DNA of 64,000 nt from Catajapyx aquilonaris (lineage: Eukaryota), in assembly GCA_000934665.2 (NCBI GenBank), contig KZ538197.1, positions 1 to 64,000 of the forward strand, written 5' to 3'. Positions 23,756-36,500 of the stretch are shown in pieces. The first letter of the stretch is position 1. Every line of letters starts with the position of its first letter. A program made the position numbers and the translations under genes. A model generated the notes under the pieces. It had not been told where the DNA came from and ran no database searches. It worked only from the letters and a program-made list of their open reading frames with translations.

Positions 23756-25875
23756 CTGCTTGAATTCAAACAATGGAAAATTTTTGTCCCACTGCTAGTT
23801 AATGCTAACTTAGCAGTACCAGTGCCAAATATGGTACTGGTAAGTTAGTATTGACTAGCAGTGGGACGAAAATTCTACCCAAATTTACTATGCATTGTTT
23901 TGTCCAACCTCTCAGATTGTTCCGGAGAAGGAAGGTGTCATTTTTATTCCCAATCCCACCCCGTCGGTAATTTTGGTCAATCTCTATACCACACAGTGAC
24001 GTCGATAGACTTCAAAACCCAGTAAAGTTCGGTACTTTTCAGTTTGCCCACTATGCATATTTTCTGGAACAGGCCTATCCTTTATTGTTACTCCATGTAA
24101 ATGCAGTCATTGTTGACACTGTTTACTCCATGAAAATATGAAAGGTGGGATTGTTGACTATAACAAAGGGTCGGCCTGTTGCAGGAAATATGCATATTGG
24201 GTATCACCAAACGGAAGAGTACCTAAAGTTCATATCTGTAACTGTTTAGTTTTCAAATGAAAAGGATGAGACACTCTGGTCAAAAATGGGGTCATGGGGG
24301 TGGGGTGGGAGGGGCGGTTATTGTTTGTCTTTTGTTTCTTTCCCCTTCTCGTGAGTTTTGGTTCATCTGCATACCTCGACAAGTGTACATTGATAGAGCT
24401 TCAAAACTACGTAAGTCACCTTTGTAATTTTCCAGTTTTCAAATAAAACAGATGCGAAGTTTCAACTGCTTTTCGCAGGGGGTCCTATTATTCTGTCCAT
24501 CCCCTGTATATGTTTCTACCAGAAACCTAATCTAATACACTCTTCCTAAGTGAATGTTTTGTCACTACAGCATACCAGAAAGTAATGGGTTAAACAGCTG
24601 ACTCTAGATGTGCTCTATGTTTTACATCACAATAAAAGTGCTTCATGTGCATTTTAAAATGCATTAATGTATAATGTTTTACACAAAGTGACACATCAGG
24701 TCACTTCTAATTATACTTAACTCAAATATTTCAGTACATCACTATTATATAGGGTGATCCAAAGTCATTAGCTATTTTTCACTAAAGTTGCTTATTATTA
24801 AGCCATTACGTTCAAACACCTACTTTACGAATTATCAAATATTTGCTGGTAATATTTAAAAGAATTAACACATTCTTGCCCACCCTCAAGTCCAACCTGT
24901 GACATGGGTTCGGTCCTTGACTAAGGACGTAAATTGATCAAAATGTGTCATTTTCATATTTTAAGCTTGGAAATTATAAAGGGCCCAAATTTAGTATGGT
25001 AGCAAAAGTTACTTTCAACCATCATTTATTTCCTACATTATCCCCCTGATAAGCTGCATTTTTTGTTCTATGCTCCAGTGAAGGAGGACATTTATTCCCT
25101 GCATGCCTTTTTTCGTCAACTGATTAAGCGCATTGGCACCCGCCATTTTTGATGTATACAGATTATGTTTTCTTGCAACTCTTGTTCTCCTATTTCTATG
25201 ATATCTTGTAAGGGAGAGGAGCCCCCCTATAGGGCTCAGGCCCACAACGGGGTACACAATAAAAAAATAAAAAAAAACTACATTATGTGACTTATGTGTA
25301 TTAATACTCTGTAATGTCACAAAATTTCATCATGAAGATAAAAAATTTCCTGTCATTACCATAACTGATATAAATTTTTTTGCACATGCGTTAAAACTTA
25401 ACCTTTTATTACACACACACAAATGTTATAAGCATACTTCCCACACCTTCACAATGTGGGAATAAAATTACCAACTTCATAATTTTACAAGCTTGCAAGT
25501 ATTAAATATGTTTATCGTAAAATTTCCATCAAATTACTGGCTGACATCTTTGTTTTCTATATGACAAAGCTAGAAATGTTGCAGTATCGGATATAGTTCC
25601 ACATCCCATGTAGCATCACTTAAGTGTCACGCATGTAAAAATATAATTATACTATTCAAATAAGTCTTTTGTCAATTTGAATAGATGTTATGATCCTCGA
25701 ATGTCAGTAGTGGCACAATGATAATTACCCATCTGTTGCAATCATGACAATTCTAGTGACACAGCTTTCTTAATACTTCGAAGCTTGTGTAAAATTATGA
25801 TGAGGGAAATTTTATTCCCACATTGTAATGCACACTATACACACATTTGCAAATTATGAGAAAAAAGATGCTTAC

Positions 25876-28525
25876 CTTTCCAACTAATCAAAGTCATATA
25901 AAATGATGACCCCACACAGAGTTGTATAAAAAACAAAGGGAGAGGATCTGTAGCTTCTCAGCACTGCCTCAGATACGGACGAAAAGGTCTCCCTGAAAAA
26001 AGAGCATGTATGTGAGTGTCTGTCACTAGATTATCTATTATCACTCTAGCCTAGCAACAGGTTTGGCAAACAAAATATACAGTACTATTTATTTGGGGAG
26101 AAAAATAAGGGGCCAGTCACTTGATGGGTCAGCAACTCAGCATATAGGATAATTTTAATTCAAACTGCTAAACCTGGTCAAAATTGATCTAGAATTGTTT
26201 TGCTTTGGTTTAGCAGGGGAGCTGACACAAGTAGATCACGGAGTGTGGGGAGAGAGTAATCGAAACCCAGAATTGGCTGACAACATACTGTAAAACAATG
26301 AATGGGTGGCTGATCATCATCTAGTCTTTTGCTTTTGATGAGGAGAGACAGGCAGGCAGTCTGACACAAAGTACAGATGGAACCTGTTTTACACCGCATC
26401 ACATTAAAGCAGGATTCAAAATTACCTTTGAAAAAATGTTAAATCGGAAAATTGTGAAAATATTGAAAATATCAAAACAGGGCACTAAATATATCAATTC
26501 CCTGGTTTATTAAAAATGAGGGCTACTTCTGCATGACTGAGAAATCATCAGAGTATTATCACAGCTGTGTGTAAATATTTTCAACATATGAATGAGTTTT
26601 CTGCAACTCATCATTCCAATATGAACTGGAAAATGGGCTACATGCACACGTATACAAATGTCAATTCTTGGGAAAGCTTCACAGACAGTCTTAAATATAA
26701 CTTGTCATGTGGGTTTCTTCAAGCCCGTTATTCTGGCCAACTAGTATGGTGGTAATGAGACAGATGGGCAAAATATTCAGTATCAATGATCTACTGGTTA
26801 CAGGAAGTCCCCAGTCTACGAACATCGTTAAGTTCCTGAGAATGTCTGTAAGTAAGATTTTGGTCAGATTAGTATGTAACTCGAAGCACTAATGAAAACT
26901 GCATATACAGTAATAAAAATAACAGGCGACAACGTAAAAATGCTGCGACAACAAAACATTTAAGTCATGCGAGTCTCTTTACATGTGCAGAATGAAGCAG
27001 TTCTGTAATTATTTATTAAGTATGCAGTATTTATGTTGAACCCAGTGGGTCGCACACAGAAGTGATTGAGAGTGGAGGGATAATTATAAATTATCCTGCT
27101 GGGGAGTCCGTTCATATACAATCACTGTATGTTGAGTCATTCGCATACCTGGGACTTCCTGTAATTCTAACATCACAACATTCAAGATCCCATGACACAA
27201 TATTGTTAATCAGCACAGCCCTTTCCATGCGATTCTCCTGGACTGAGCGGGAGGAAATGATCATTCCTGGGTGTGGTATGCAGGGCAGGAATCAGTGCTA
27301 AGAAAAGTGCATTGTCCCTTTCCTTCTCCAACATCAACAACAGATCACAAGTCAGTTCGCTGACTCATGCAACATGCAGTACCTGCTATTAGATCGGTTG
27401 CAATCAATTAAGAAAATATTTCAAAGGAAGGACCTAAAAATCTTCTATCTCTGTACATTATGTAACTTAACCGCACCAGTGCAGAAAAATACTTGTAACT
27501 AAGTGACTAAATTTATTGTCATCCACTCATTTGTCTGCATACTTCAGGGCTTGTCCACACACAGGATAGCCAGTGATGATTATAACAGTAGCAACAAATT
27601 CCTCATGAGGAGGAAAAGGAAATGACCCCTATAAATAGGGCAAAACTGACCAAGCCAACAAAGCAATAAAGCTCATGTTACCATACTGTTTTTACATTCC
27701 TGTGACTCAAATGGCTTTGGCATCCAGTCTCATTACCCCTCTTATCTCTTCTGCATGATTCAAAATAAGTCCTCACAATGTAGTTCACAGATTGCAATGA
27801 GTCGAAGGTCACATGCCTATTAGTGTCACTGGGTGACTTTCCCAGATGAAAATTTAAATACTTGTTCTGAATGCTAATATACCACAATTTTATTATTATA
27901 GTTCCTTCAACACTCAACCGGTTCCCCAGCAGGCATGTGCCAATGGGATTTGCATTCATTTGTATAATTTAATCTGTCCTGGTGCACTAAATTTATAAAA
28001 TGACTACTTTATCTACCAATTTTTGCTAATTACGCAATTGCAACTTAAAATTTTCAACAGACTACACAATTTTATTCTGCCAGATGTCCACCTTTCAAAT
28101 GGTTTCACGAACTCTGCATAACTATGCCTAGGCCTAGTCCTGGGCCCTAAAAGCATGACCATGCAAGGTACACGAGGCCCTAGAAACTGTGCAAAATCAA
28201 TTATTTCATTGCAAATGTTCACTAAAATTTGGGCATATTCACGATCGCAAACGATCTTGTATCAAAAGAAAGTTCCAGAGCTGACCCGATTTGCCGCGGT
28301 AATGGCCGTGGAAAGCCCTAGTGGCCGACCTTTCCTTTTTTTCCCCCACCTAACAAAAGCGAAGGAAAAATTGTAAAACTAATCCCTAAGAAGCCGATAA
28401 CCATCAGGCAAGAGTACATAATTATATCACTAACCTCAACTCCAAGAAGAGATGTGTTTCCTGGAACTGAGCTGAACAGAGCTGAATTGGTAAGCGTGAA
28501 ATCGACACTATTGCTATGCGCAACT
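25876..28525 (-). ncRNA. Putative spliced non-coding transcript (lncRNA or distal leader exons) divergent from ZNF622
   Basis: Candidate first exon ~28525-28435 follows a CA-rich tract and an Inr-like CAGTT and ends GAG|GTTAGT. Internal exon 25992-25876 is bounded by TTTTTCAG| and AAG|GTAAG. No convincing ORF. The region is CpG-depleted like the gene bodies. Confidence 0.35.
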
Positions 28526-28837
28526 GTGTGAGAGTGTGTGTGTACTGTGTAGGGTATGTGTGAGTGTGTGTCACTTTTGAATGTGTGTCACGCTGTGTGT
28601 ACGTGTGTGCGTGTCAGTGGTTGCCAGATCATCTCTGTAGCGCATGGCACTTTAATCAAATACACTTACTTAATTCGTAAGTATATTAAACGTTACTTAA
28701 ATGTGAACATATGTAGAAATAATTATCTGACACCTTTAAATTGAGGACATGAAGACAGTCATGCAGGTCATTCCGCATTTTGCGTATCGCGCGCGGTCAG
28801 CCCCCAGTAACTCCCTTAACCCCTTGCTGGCAAACCC

Positions 28838-29120
28838 CTTAGCTAATCTCCCCTACCGAGTGTGGTGCGCTAGAGTCATTCTCCTAGATGGTCACGCCTT
28901 ACCTAGTGGGGTAATTCTGAACCATTAGGGTCGACGCCGATTGGCTGGAGTCTTAAAGGCCTCCTTGGGCCACACCATGGCTCTTCACAGACCTTCGGAG
29001 TGGACCCCAATGTACCCTAATGGAGAATTGCCCCGCTAGGTAAGGCGTGACCATATAGGCAAGTGACTCTAGCGCCGACCGTGGCCAACCCCACTCGGTG
29101 GGGGAGATCAGGTAATCTCA
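28838..29120. mobile_element. MITE related to 22650-23126, in the divergent promoter interval
   Basis: TTAGCTAATCTCCCCTACCGAGTG / CACTCGGTGGGGGAGATCAGGTAA ends, inner inverted arms, shared GATTGGCTGGA motif. Confidence 0.65.
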
Positions 29121-29656
29121 TGCGAAAAGAGGGCGAGAAAATCTAAATTCTAAATGGGTTACTGCGTGGTTACTGCAAATTTTCTTGCTTGCCATTAATA
29201 TTAAGTGTTATGTCTTACAGATAGTTATTTCATTAAGCATTTTCCTTTTTTTGTATTCGTCTGGATTCTGCATCTCGTTGGGATTCTGGAACCATCTGGA
29301 ACTCTGCTCCTAGTGTCATGGCCGGTGGACGCATTTGAGGCAACGCAGGCGTATTCCTCAAATCGTTCTTCTGAGGGTCAGACCGGCCAGTCCGAGCGAG
29401 AGAGGACGGACGAGCACATTTATACAGGCGAAGGTAAGGCAAAGGTAACTTATAGAGTATCTGAAGCGTCCATTTTTGGATTAATTTTGAACGCAAGCTC
29501 AGTTTAATATATAGGCGAGCACTTACTAATTAGTTGCATTATGTTGCACCACTGGACCAAGTTGTTACTGACTACGGCAAACCGTCAGTTATACGAGGGG
29601 CGTTCATAAAGTTCGCGACTTTACCTTGAAAAGCAAGAGGTAGGCAAACTGATTTA

Positions 29657-29711
<55 letters not shown>

Positions 29712-29712
<1 letters not shown>

Positions 29713-30025
29713 TTTGGTACCCTTTGATGGCCCTCTATGGGCCTTTCGGGGGGTGGCAGACCACCGTACAGTTTTCTATTTATTTTTCTTCGGACACCGG
29801 TGCAAGGACTAGTTCAGGAAATGGGGTAAGGGCTGGGGGATTTGGGGAGGGGACACAAGTGCAGGTGCAGTCCTCCAGGAGGTCAGGTTGCCAAGACGCC
29901 TCCTTAGGCGCAGGTCACGACCCATTGACGCAAGCGTAAGGTTTGTTCCCGGGTGGGGATTTGAACCCGGGACCTTTCGCATAGCAAGCCGAGACGTTAC
30001 CATCTCGGCCACCGTGCCTCCCCCC
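29712..30025 (-). mobile_element. tRNA-derived SINE, family B
   Basis: Head GGTGGCCGAGATGGTAACGTCTCGGCTTGC..GGTTCAAATCCC. The tail ends in the (AAT)n microsatellite at ~29660-29711. Confidence 0.8.
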
Positions 30026-30181
30026 AAACAATGATTATTATTAAATTTTTCAACATAGTCTCCTTTCACGCTAACCCTGGAACTGTGACGTGCCAGAAAG
30101 TTACGTTAACCGTGATGTAGGGTCTTTTAGGACCTCATCCATATTTTAATTTTTATTAATTTTTATATTATACTTTTCAAG

Positions 30182-30510
30182 AGGGGAGGCGAAGTGGCGC
30201 TGCGGTAACGTACGCGCCCACGGATGTTATGGTCCCGGGTTCGATCCCAACCCGGGGACACCCCCTTCATCTCGTGCGGAGTTCAGGGTCACCTCTGGCT
30301 TCGTCTCGGGTGGTATTTCCAACAGACTAAACCACCTGGGGGCGTTCACTAAAAATGGCCACGTATAAGACATTGCACTGCACCTTACACATCCCCTCCT
30401 GTCATCCTGCCTGTGGGCCCAGGCGTTACGTATAAAGGTTCCAATATATGTACGAGACATAAATAAAGGTCCATGCTATATACCTCTGATGAGGTCAAGC
30501 ACTACCCGGA
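30182..30510 (+). mobile_element. tRNA-derived SINE, family C
   Basis: Head and body match 10758-11145 (B box GGTTCGATCCC), but the 3' tail differs and is followed by (AAT)/(ATT)n. Confidence 0.75.
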
Positions 30511-30524
30511 TAATAATAATAATA

Positions 30525-30575
<51 letters not shown>

Positions 30576-31726
30576 GTACTTTTCAATGTATTGACTATAT
30601 GCAATCATTCTTTGAACTATGCCTAAAATGATCGCTAATTCAAAATAAACGTGCACTTCCTGTTATAGACTTTTAATGTCTTTTAATGCGATGTAATGTC
30701 ATAGCCATTAATGCAGGGTACTGTACTCCCATCAGTGCCCTTGATTACTCAGTTTCTTTGATAGAGAGTTGGTCTATTTAGGGAAGTGAGTACCAATCAA
30801 ATTCAAGCACATGATTCAGTCAAAGCCAATCCTGCTTATTCACCTGGAACTGGTGGGGGAGTAAGTTGTGCTGTACTTAGCAAAACCATTTGTTTTGTGG
30901 TTATTCCTTCACTTCCATGTACAGTCACGAGAATAAAGATGTGGATGGTAGACCAAAGGAAGAGTTTTGGTCCATTGTCCACATCTTTATGCTCACAGCT
31001 GTTCCTGAATAACTCCTACTTCCACTCCTAACTCGAAACTCCAGCAAAAGACAGCCTGAAACTCAGTTTCTTTGAACCAGTCAAGAGTTAGCAGTTGGAC
31101 TACATCTGTGACGTTAGATGGTAGCTCCAATTCAAGCCCCAATAGGTTCAAAACATGTATGTAGGATCAGTGGGTAGATTTTTTTCTGCTTTTTTGGGGG
31201 GAAATGTTTTTTTATGCAAACATTCAAACTTTTCCAGAAACTCTGGCTTTTTAGGTCATTATCTTGTTATTACTGACTTTGCCCATTTAAATAACTCCTA
31301 ATCTTATTATTAACAACCAGAAATCTAGGAAATGAGCCTAACATTTCCCATCATGCCTGCTATGCAGGGGAATCACCAAAGGACATAGACAGTATATTCA
31401 AGAACCAAACCATTCAAACAGTGGCTATGCTTTCATAACAGGAAGGGGGGGGGGGGGGGGGGGGNCAGTGCCTGTGCCAAGTCATCAATAGTAAAAATAC
31501 AGGTTTAAAATTTTAGTGACCTCAGAAAAAATGAATCCGTTTCATTCCAGGCCATTGCAACACTAAACCTGGTAATTCCTTCTTGGGGCAAGGCTGTGAA
31601 GATTGTATTGTGATATGTATGTACAGTGCTGGACATTAACTCCATCGTGCTGGACATTAATTCCATTGCACTGCTAGCGACATTTTCCAGTGCGGCAGAA
31701 GTGCTCATAGAATTGATGGGAGTGTG

Positions 31727-31869
31727 AACCATGTGATCACCATGTGAGTAAGAAATGGTAGGCCTTAGGTGATGTCACCGGCTGGAGGCAAGCCTTTTTC
31801 CCCATTTCTCCCAGCCGGCGACGTCACCCAAGGCCTACCATTTCTTACTCACACAGTGATCACATGGTT
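31727..31869. repeat. ~140-bp near-perfect palindrome (short MITE)
   Basis: AACCATGTGATCAC..GTGAGTAAGAAATGGTAGGCCTT / AAGGCCTACCATTTCTTACTCAC..GTGATCACATGGTT. Confidence 0.75.
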
Positions 31870-32028
31870 CGCACTCCATCTGCCACTTCGAAAACTGCAG
31901 CTAGCAATGCAACGGAAAGCACTGTCCTACTGTTACCTGATGCAGGCTTATATATTCATATAATTACTACAAATGTAGTACCTGATATTTTGGCAGCAAA
32001 GGATGGAAGCAAAAAGCAGCTGCACAAA

Positions 32029-32749
32029 TACAGGGTGATCGAAAAAGACGCTGATTATTAAACCCTATAACATGAAAACTTGTAGACATATCTAAATGAT
32101 ATAAGTTTTGAAATGCTAAGAAATGTATAATGTTTTGGACTCACCTTAATTTGTTTCGATGGGAGCTTCATTTGTCAGTCAGCAGATGAAAATATGGTTT
32201 TCTGTCTCGTGCCCAACCCGCTCAATGATATCTGGAGTTATCGTTGCAATCCTATCCTGTAGGTGCTGGATATCTCGTATCATTACACCACACACATTGT
32301 TCTTGGTGGTTAAAATTTTAAAATCCTCATCCATGAAACAAACCTGCTGGCTGCCGTAGAAAAGTTTCATTTGTTCAGCCTCCCAGTGTGCGAAATCTAG
32401 AATGAGAAGTTTCCCCATGCCTAGCCCCCCCCCCCTCCCCCCAAAAGCCTATATCTTACCCCGATGGACTTTTTTGCGGAGATACATGTATAGTGAAAAG
32501 ATTCGGTATCACCTACCAGAAAAGATTTCAACAGTAACCCCAGACATGCCTGAGTGGGTTAGGCACAACACCGATCACCATATTTGCATTTGCCGTGTGA
32601 CAAAGGAGCTTATATCGAAACAAACTATGGTAAGACCAAAACTTTAGACATTTCTTAGCATTTCAAAATTTAAATCATTTAGATATGTCTACAAATTTTC
32701 GAGATAAATTATTTTAAAATCCATGCATTCATTTCCGATCACCCTGTAT
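32029..32749. mobile_element. Tc1/mariner-derived fold-back element
   Basis: TA-CAGGGTGATCG..CGATCACCCTG-TA ends. Both arms encode decayed transposase C-terminus (IRDIQHLQDRIATITPDIIERV; ISTVTPDMPEWV..ICICRVTK). Confidence 0.8.
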
Positions 32750-32772
32750 ATTTGTCATTATCAAATAACATG

Positions 32773-33237
32773 ACCGAAGCAGTAGTGGTGGAGTGGATAT
32801 GGTGTCAGACTGTTAATAATAATCGGGAGATCCTGGGTTTGAGTCCCGGGACCGGAAATCCTAACCGTGGTTTTCTGTGGTTTCCCACGGTCCACCCAGG
32901 AGAATTCTGGGGTTGCTTCCTAAATAATAAATAGGCCACAGCCGATTCCTTCCTTTCCTATCCTTGTCCAGTCCATGAGGAGGTGCGGTGTCGGTTTCTG
33001 ACCTGCACCTAGGGGGTTGTCTTGCAACCTGACCCCCTGGGGGACTGCACACAACCCCCAACTTGAGACATTGGACCTGCACCAGTATCCCCCCCTCATT
33101 ATCCCTATCCTGTCCCCTTGCACCGGAGGAAAGAAAAATAGTACGAGAAAATCGATGGTGGTGTACCACCCCCCAACAGGGCCTATGTAGGCCTATCACG
33201 GGGTAAAATAAATATTTAAAAAAATAGTAATAATAAA
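32773..33237 (+). mobile_element. Full-length tRNA-derived SINE, family A, with 16-bp TSD
   Basis: TSD ATTATCAAATAACATG at 32757-32772 and 33238-33253. Confidence 0.85.
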
Positions 33238-33582
33238 ATTATCAAATAACATGGAGTTGGACACAGGCAGGCTGAAAAAAATTACGTTGCAGCGAGCCTG
33301 TGCAGTATAGCAATTTAAGTCGTTACAATAGGTTTGAGTTATTTTACCACAGTGGCAATGACTTCTACTTTAGGTGCAAATAGATTACTTGCACTAACAT
33401 ATTTTTGCATTTCATTACAGCTGTTGAATTTTTCATACTGTGGTGCTATTAAGAAGACTGCCCGATTGCTTACTTTCAAGGTGAGAAAATGTGCCTGTGT
33501 AAGCTAACAGCATTATAATTTTGTATAATTTGAGTTACAAGTCTTTTTGCACCATTTCAGAAGTTTGGGAGAAGAAGGCAAA

Positions 33583-36500
33583 ATGTCATCACAGTACACT
33601 TGCTACACTTGCCATGTGATCTTTCGCAACCCCGAAGCGCAACGTGATCATTACAAGACTGATTGGCACAACTACAATTTGAAACGCAAGATTGCTGATC
33701 TCCCTCCTGTCCGAGCTGAAACCTTTAATGAGCGTGTTCTTGCTCAGAAGGCCATTGCCGAAACCACTGACAAGAAGTGCCCTGCTTATTGTGAAGCGTG
33801 TAAGAAATCTTTTGGCACCCAGAAAGCTTATGAGAGCCATCTCCAGTCCAAAAAGCACCAGGAAAACCTACTCCAAGGGCCAAAGACCAGTGGAAAATCA
33901 ACAATCTCGGGCAAGGCAACACCCACTGGAAAGGTCACACCTATTTCAGAAGATGACTCTGACATGGAAGTGGAAGAACTGGACTCTGATGAGTGGGATG
34001 AGATTGAAGGAGATCCTATTCCCATCAACACTTGCCTTTTCTGCATGTCTGAGAGTGAAGATCTAGAGGCAAACTTGGAACATATGAGCATCGAACACTC
34101 TTTCTTTGTTCCGGACCTGGAATATCTGGTTGACATTGCGGGACTAATGAAGTATCTTGGAGAGAAAGTGGGTCAAGGTGCCATGTGCCTATGGTGTAAT
34201 GACAGAGGCCGCTGTTTTGACTCGGTCCAGGCTGTCCAACAGCACATGCTAGACAAGGGTCATTGCAAGATGCTGTATGAGGGGGAGTCACTGTTTGAGT
34301 ATTCATCATACTATGACTACAGTGCCAGCTATCCAAACCAAGATCATGACAAGAATGAGGAAGTTGACTTACACATTCTCACTGCTGGTGACGACTGCGA
34401 ACTGGTTCTGCCTTCTGGAAAGAGCGTGGTTCATCGAGATCTTATGCGATATTACAGGTACTGTTGACAACCTCAGTTGAAAAATGCAGAGGAACATATC
34501 ATTTTATTCTAGGTAGCACAAGTTGGGATATTAGAATGTCTGACTCGCTTTGCGAGCCGGTGGGGCTCCGCCCCACCTGCGCGCCTTCGGCGCGGTGCCC
34601 GTATTCCGCCTAATCCATCCGGTTACAGAAATCAGTGACGTCACCGGTAGCGATGAGGAGTTTCCGAACGTGCCCTCTCTGACGTATCGTTCAAAACAGC
34701 GCTTGGGATGACAGGTGGGACCATCTGTGACGTATCATCCCACGACTCCCGGTTTGAGTAGTGTAAAGATCCCAGGGGGTGTATGGGAGGGGGTGGGCCA
34801 TTGTTCTCCTTCTTTACGACCATCTGCGGGCAAGGCCGCAAGTCGATCCGAGGCAGTTTGCGGACACATAAATTTGGCGATCTCGGGTTTGCGTCTAAAT
34901 TTAATTTGGCGATCTCCAAAATGGCTGGGAATTTTGCGATTATGAGGATTTTTGGAATCGGTATACCGGAGGCTAGAAAGGCAACGGTGCAAGTCCGAGG
35001 TCTCTACGACATCGGGAAGTGCGAAATCTTTTTCATCCTCCTCGTCGGATTGAGGCTTTATATATATTAGACTCGCTTTGCGAGGCGGGGGGGCTCCGCC
35101 CCCCCACACCCCCCCCGTGGGGCTGCGCCCCACGTGCGCGCCTTCGACGCGGTGCCCGTGTACCGCCTAATCCATCTGGTTACAGAAATCCATCCGTTTA
35201 CAGAACCCGTGACGTCACGGTCCACAAGGGTGTGGAGTATTAAAATGCGCCCTAGGTGACGTATCATGAAAAAAGGCTAGGTGGGATTAGAGTGAATGGA
35301 CCTGTCAGCGGGTGATGGATAGGGCTATTGTTCTCGGGCTTGAACGAACTTCTGCGGCTGGTTTGAGTGACAGCGGCTGGAGAAGAGGGGGGAGAGAAGG
35401 GGGTGGGCTATTGTTCTCGGGGATCCGGGGGAGTTTGCGGATACATTAATTTAGCGATCTCGGGTTTGCGTCTACATTTAATTTGGCGATCTCGAAAACG
35501 GCTGGGAATTTGGCGATTATGAGGATTTTTGGAATCGGTATGTCGGCGGCTAGAAATCCAACGGCGCAAGTCCGAGGTCTCTGCCACGCCGGGAAGTGCG
35601 AAATCTTTTTCATCCTCCTCCTCCTATGTATCCTCCTCCTCGTTTAGGGGCTTTATATATATTAGATATACCAGGTGTTCCAAGTTTGTGGGTCATTTTA
35701 TTTATCACTAATATCCGCTGAAATAGTTATTTTTATGTAGCTTGTTGTGCCCCAATCCAGGTGTCCCCATTACTCCCAGGTGGTTGAATGCAGAAGTGGC
35801 TGTAGCATAAGGCACCTGGTGAGGGATGCAACAAGCTACAAAAAAATAACAGCTTTGAGTGAAATTTCTTATAACTAAAAGGCCCCATGAACTTGGAACA
35901 CCCTGGATATGAGAAATAATTTTCATTTAGAAAATATTCAAGGCCAGTTTGCATGTGAATTCAGAGAGGCACTTATTTCTTGTGAAGTATGTCAGGGAAA
36001 TGTGTAATTATGTAGGCAAATTTCATTGGATTTTAACAATGTCCCATCAGAACAGCCGTAGAAATATCTGCTGTGTTTAGTAAAAGGCTGTACCTGCAAT
36101 GCAATGTGCAGTAAGGTCTGGTTGCTTCTCAGGATCCATTAGACCTCTTGCAGCTGCACTGGGCTCCAGCTGCAGTAATCTAATGGAGCTTGACAGTCAA
36201 CATCTGATATTACTGCACATTGCAGGTAGTACACTTTCAAAAGAATTGCAGAACTGGCCTAGCCTGTGAAGGCTCTGCATCCCATGAAACCCCATTTCTA
36301 TTTCCATAGTATGCAACAATGTAACCAAATATTCCTTTGTCAGTCTTCATCCTCCTTACTCCCAGGCCACCATCCACTCCTGCCTCCTGTTCTCTTCCAC
36401 TCCTCCCCCGTTCAGCTCACTCCTCCACACCTGATCCCCAGTGGCGGAACCCCTGCGAGCTGGTTTCCCACTCTTCTGCCGTACTCCTAGCAGGTACAGT

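Larger units (their letters stand above)
29250..33582 (+). other. ZNF622: ZNF622 non-coding 5' exons (first exon ending 29433, second 33421-33480, third starting 33561)
   Basis: Donor AAG|GTAAGG after 29433 in a CpG-rich patch; TTTCATTACAG|...CAAG|GTGAGA micro-exon; CATTTCAG| acceptor before 33561. The TSS is approximate. Confidence 0.55.

Noticed and set aside
26165..26290. Hairpin CTGCTAAACC..GGTTTAGCAG followed by ACACAA as an H/ACA snoRNA
   Set aside because: I could not identify a convincing second hairpin or a target.
30484..30512. CTGATGAG as a hammerhead ribozyme core
   Set aside because: No properly placed GAAA or stems II/III follow it.
33589..34336. Antisense and alternate-frame ORFs over ZNF622, eIF5 and Serrate exons
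   Set aside because: They are shadows of the real coding frames.
34641..35711. ORFs up to 132 aa in the ZNF622 intron
   Set aside because: They lie in a GC-rich tandem repeat, have no recognisable domain, and their frames are not kept between units.
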